DNA from: Rhina ancylostomus
Taxonomy: Eukaryota
NCBI GenBank assembly: GCA_030265395.1
Contig: JARFYF010000112.1
Location: 64,916,471 to 64,980,470, forward strand
Reading direction: 5' to 3'
Length of the DNA stretch: 64,000 nt
Both the position numbers and the translations under genes were made by a program. How positions within the stretch are numbered: position 1 is the stretch's first letter; each line of letters opens with the position of its first letter. This document shows positions 63,110-64,000 of the stretch, one piece after another. The notes beneath the pieces were generated by a model, which saw only the letters and a list, made by a program, of their open reading frames with translations, was not told where the DNA came from and searched no databases.

Positions 63110-63380
63110 TACTTACAGCACAGAAACAGGTTACTTTGCACAACAGGGCCATGCTCTACATAAATCTTTTCCCACCCTTTTCAACTAATCCCAGGAACAT
63201 ATCCTTCTATTCTGTTCTCTTTCCTATATTATAGCTTCCCCTTCAAAGTATTGAAGCTACTTGGCTGAACTACTCCTTGTGGTGATGAGTTTCACATTCT
63301 CACCACTCTCTGGGTAAAGAAGTTTTTGCTGAATTCCCTTTTGGATTTATTACTGACCATCGTATATTTATGGTCCTGAA
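63110..63380 (-). mobile_element. CR1 LINE 3' end
   Basis: TACAGCACAGAAACAGG tail and CACATTCTCACCACTCTCTGGGTAAAGAAGTT (reversed FFTQRVVRMW). Confidence 0.8.
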
Positions 63381-64000
63381 CCATTGACAGAACTACCTAA
63401 CCGCAGTATGGGAGTAGCTTCACCACACAGTCTGCAGTGGTTCAAGAAGACAGCTCACCACTACCTTCCCAGGAACATTTGAGGACAGGCAATGAATGCT
63501 GATTTTACCAGTGACGCCCACATCCCCTGAATGAATAAATGAAAAAAATTTGTGTGGTCTAACCAAGGTTCTGCACAATCTTCACATAATTTCTCTGCTT
63601 TTCAATTCTATCTCTCTAGAAATAAACTCTAGTGCTTTGTTTGTCATTTATAGTCTTATTAATTTGTATCATTGCTTTTAACATTCTATGTTTCTGTAGC
63701 CCCAGATGCTCCTCCACTTCATTTTTAAGGAATATATGGACATTATATCCTTCCTACCTAAATGTACCATCTATACTAGAGATCATATGCCAATGACACT
63801 CCCATTTTGCAAATTTATTAATATTTTCTTGTAATTTCTTACAGTCAGTCAGCCTCTATTTTAATCCCACGTGTCTTCTTCAATTTCATATCCAGTTTGG
63901 TATTCAGTCTGTTACATGTCTGGCAGAATGGGCAGACTAATGGCAAATATAAACAAGGGTGATGATGAAGAAAGAATGATGAGAGACCTTATAGGCTACA

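Noticed and set aside
1-64000. Exons of expected neighbours such as TMLHE
   Set aside because: No matching peptide recognised in the ORF track. Short exons cannot be excluded by eye.

Overview
Eukaryotic, gene-poor, repeat-rich vertebrate DNA from a gapped assembly. The repeat content (V-SINE/HE1-like and Deu-domain SINEs, plus CR1, L2, RTE, Rex1 and Penelope-type fragments) points to a cartilaginous fish (inference). The only intact protein-coding gene is a Sprouty gene whose CDS lies in a single exon (30840-31748, +). It is most likely the SPRY3 orthologue, although it keeps SPRY2-like features. It sits in a broad CpG-rich domain with a putative upstream non-coding exon and promoter (~28.4-28.85 kb) and a ~3.7 kb 3' UTR. 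The rest is transposon relics, including four copies of one LTR family. The most notable unexplained items are a ~380 bp fold-back palindrome (53.6-53.9 kb), a ~1.2 kb decayed coding-like segment (1.8-3.1 kb), a duplicated three-motif module in the Sprouty 3' UTR, an overlapping uORF, and hammerhead-ribozyme-like cores in Penelope termini. I do not see firm evidence of a new multi-gene system. Repeat boundaries are approximate by-eye estimates unless exact motifs are quoted.
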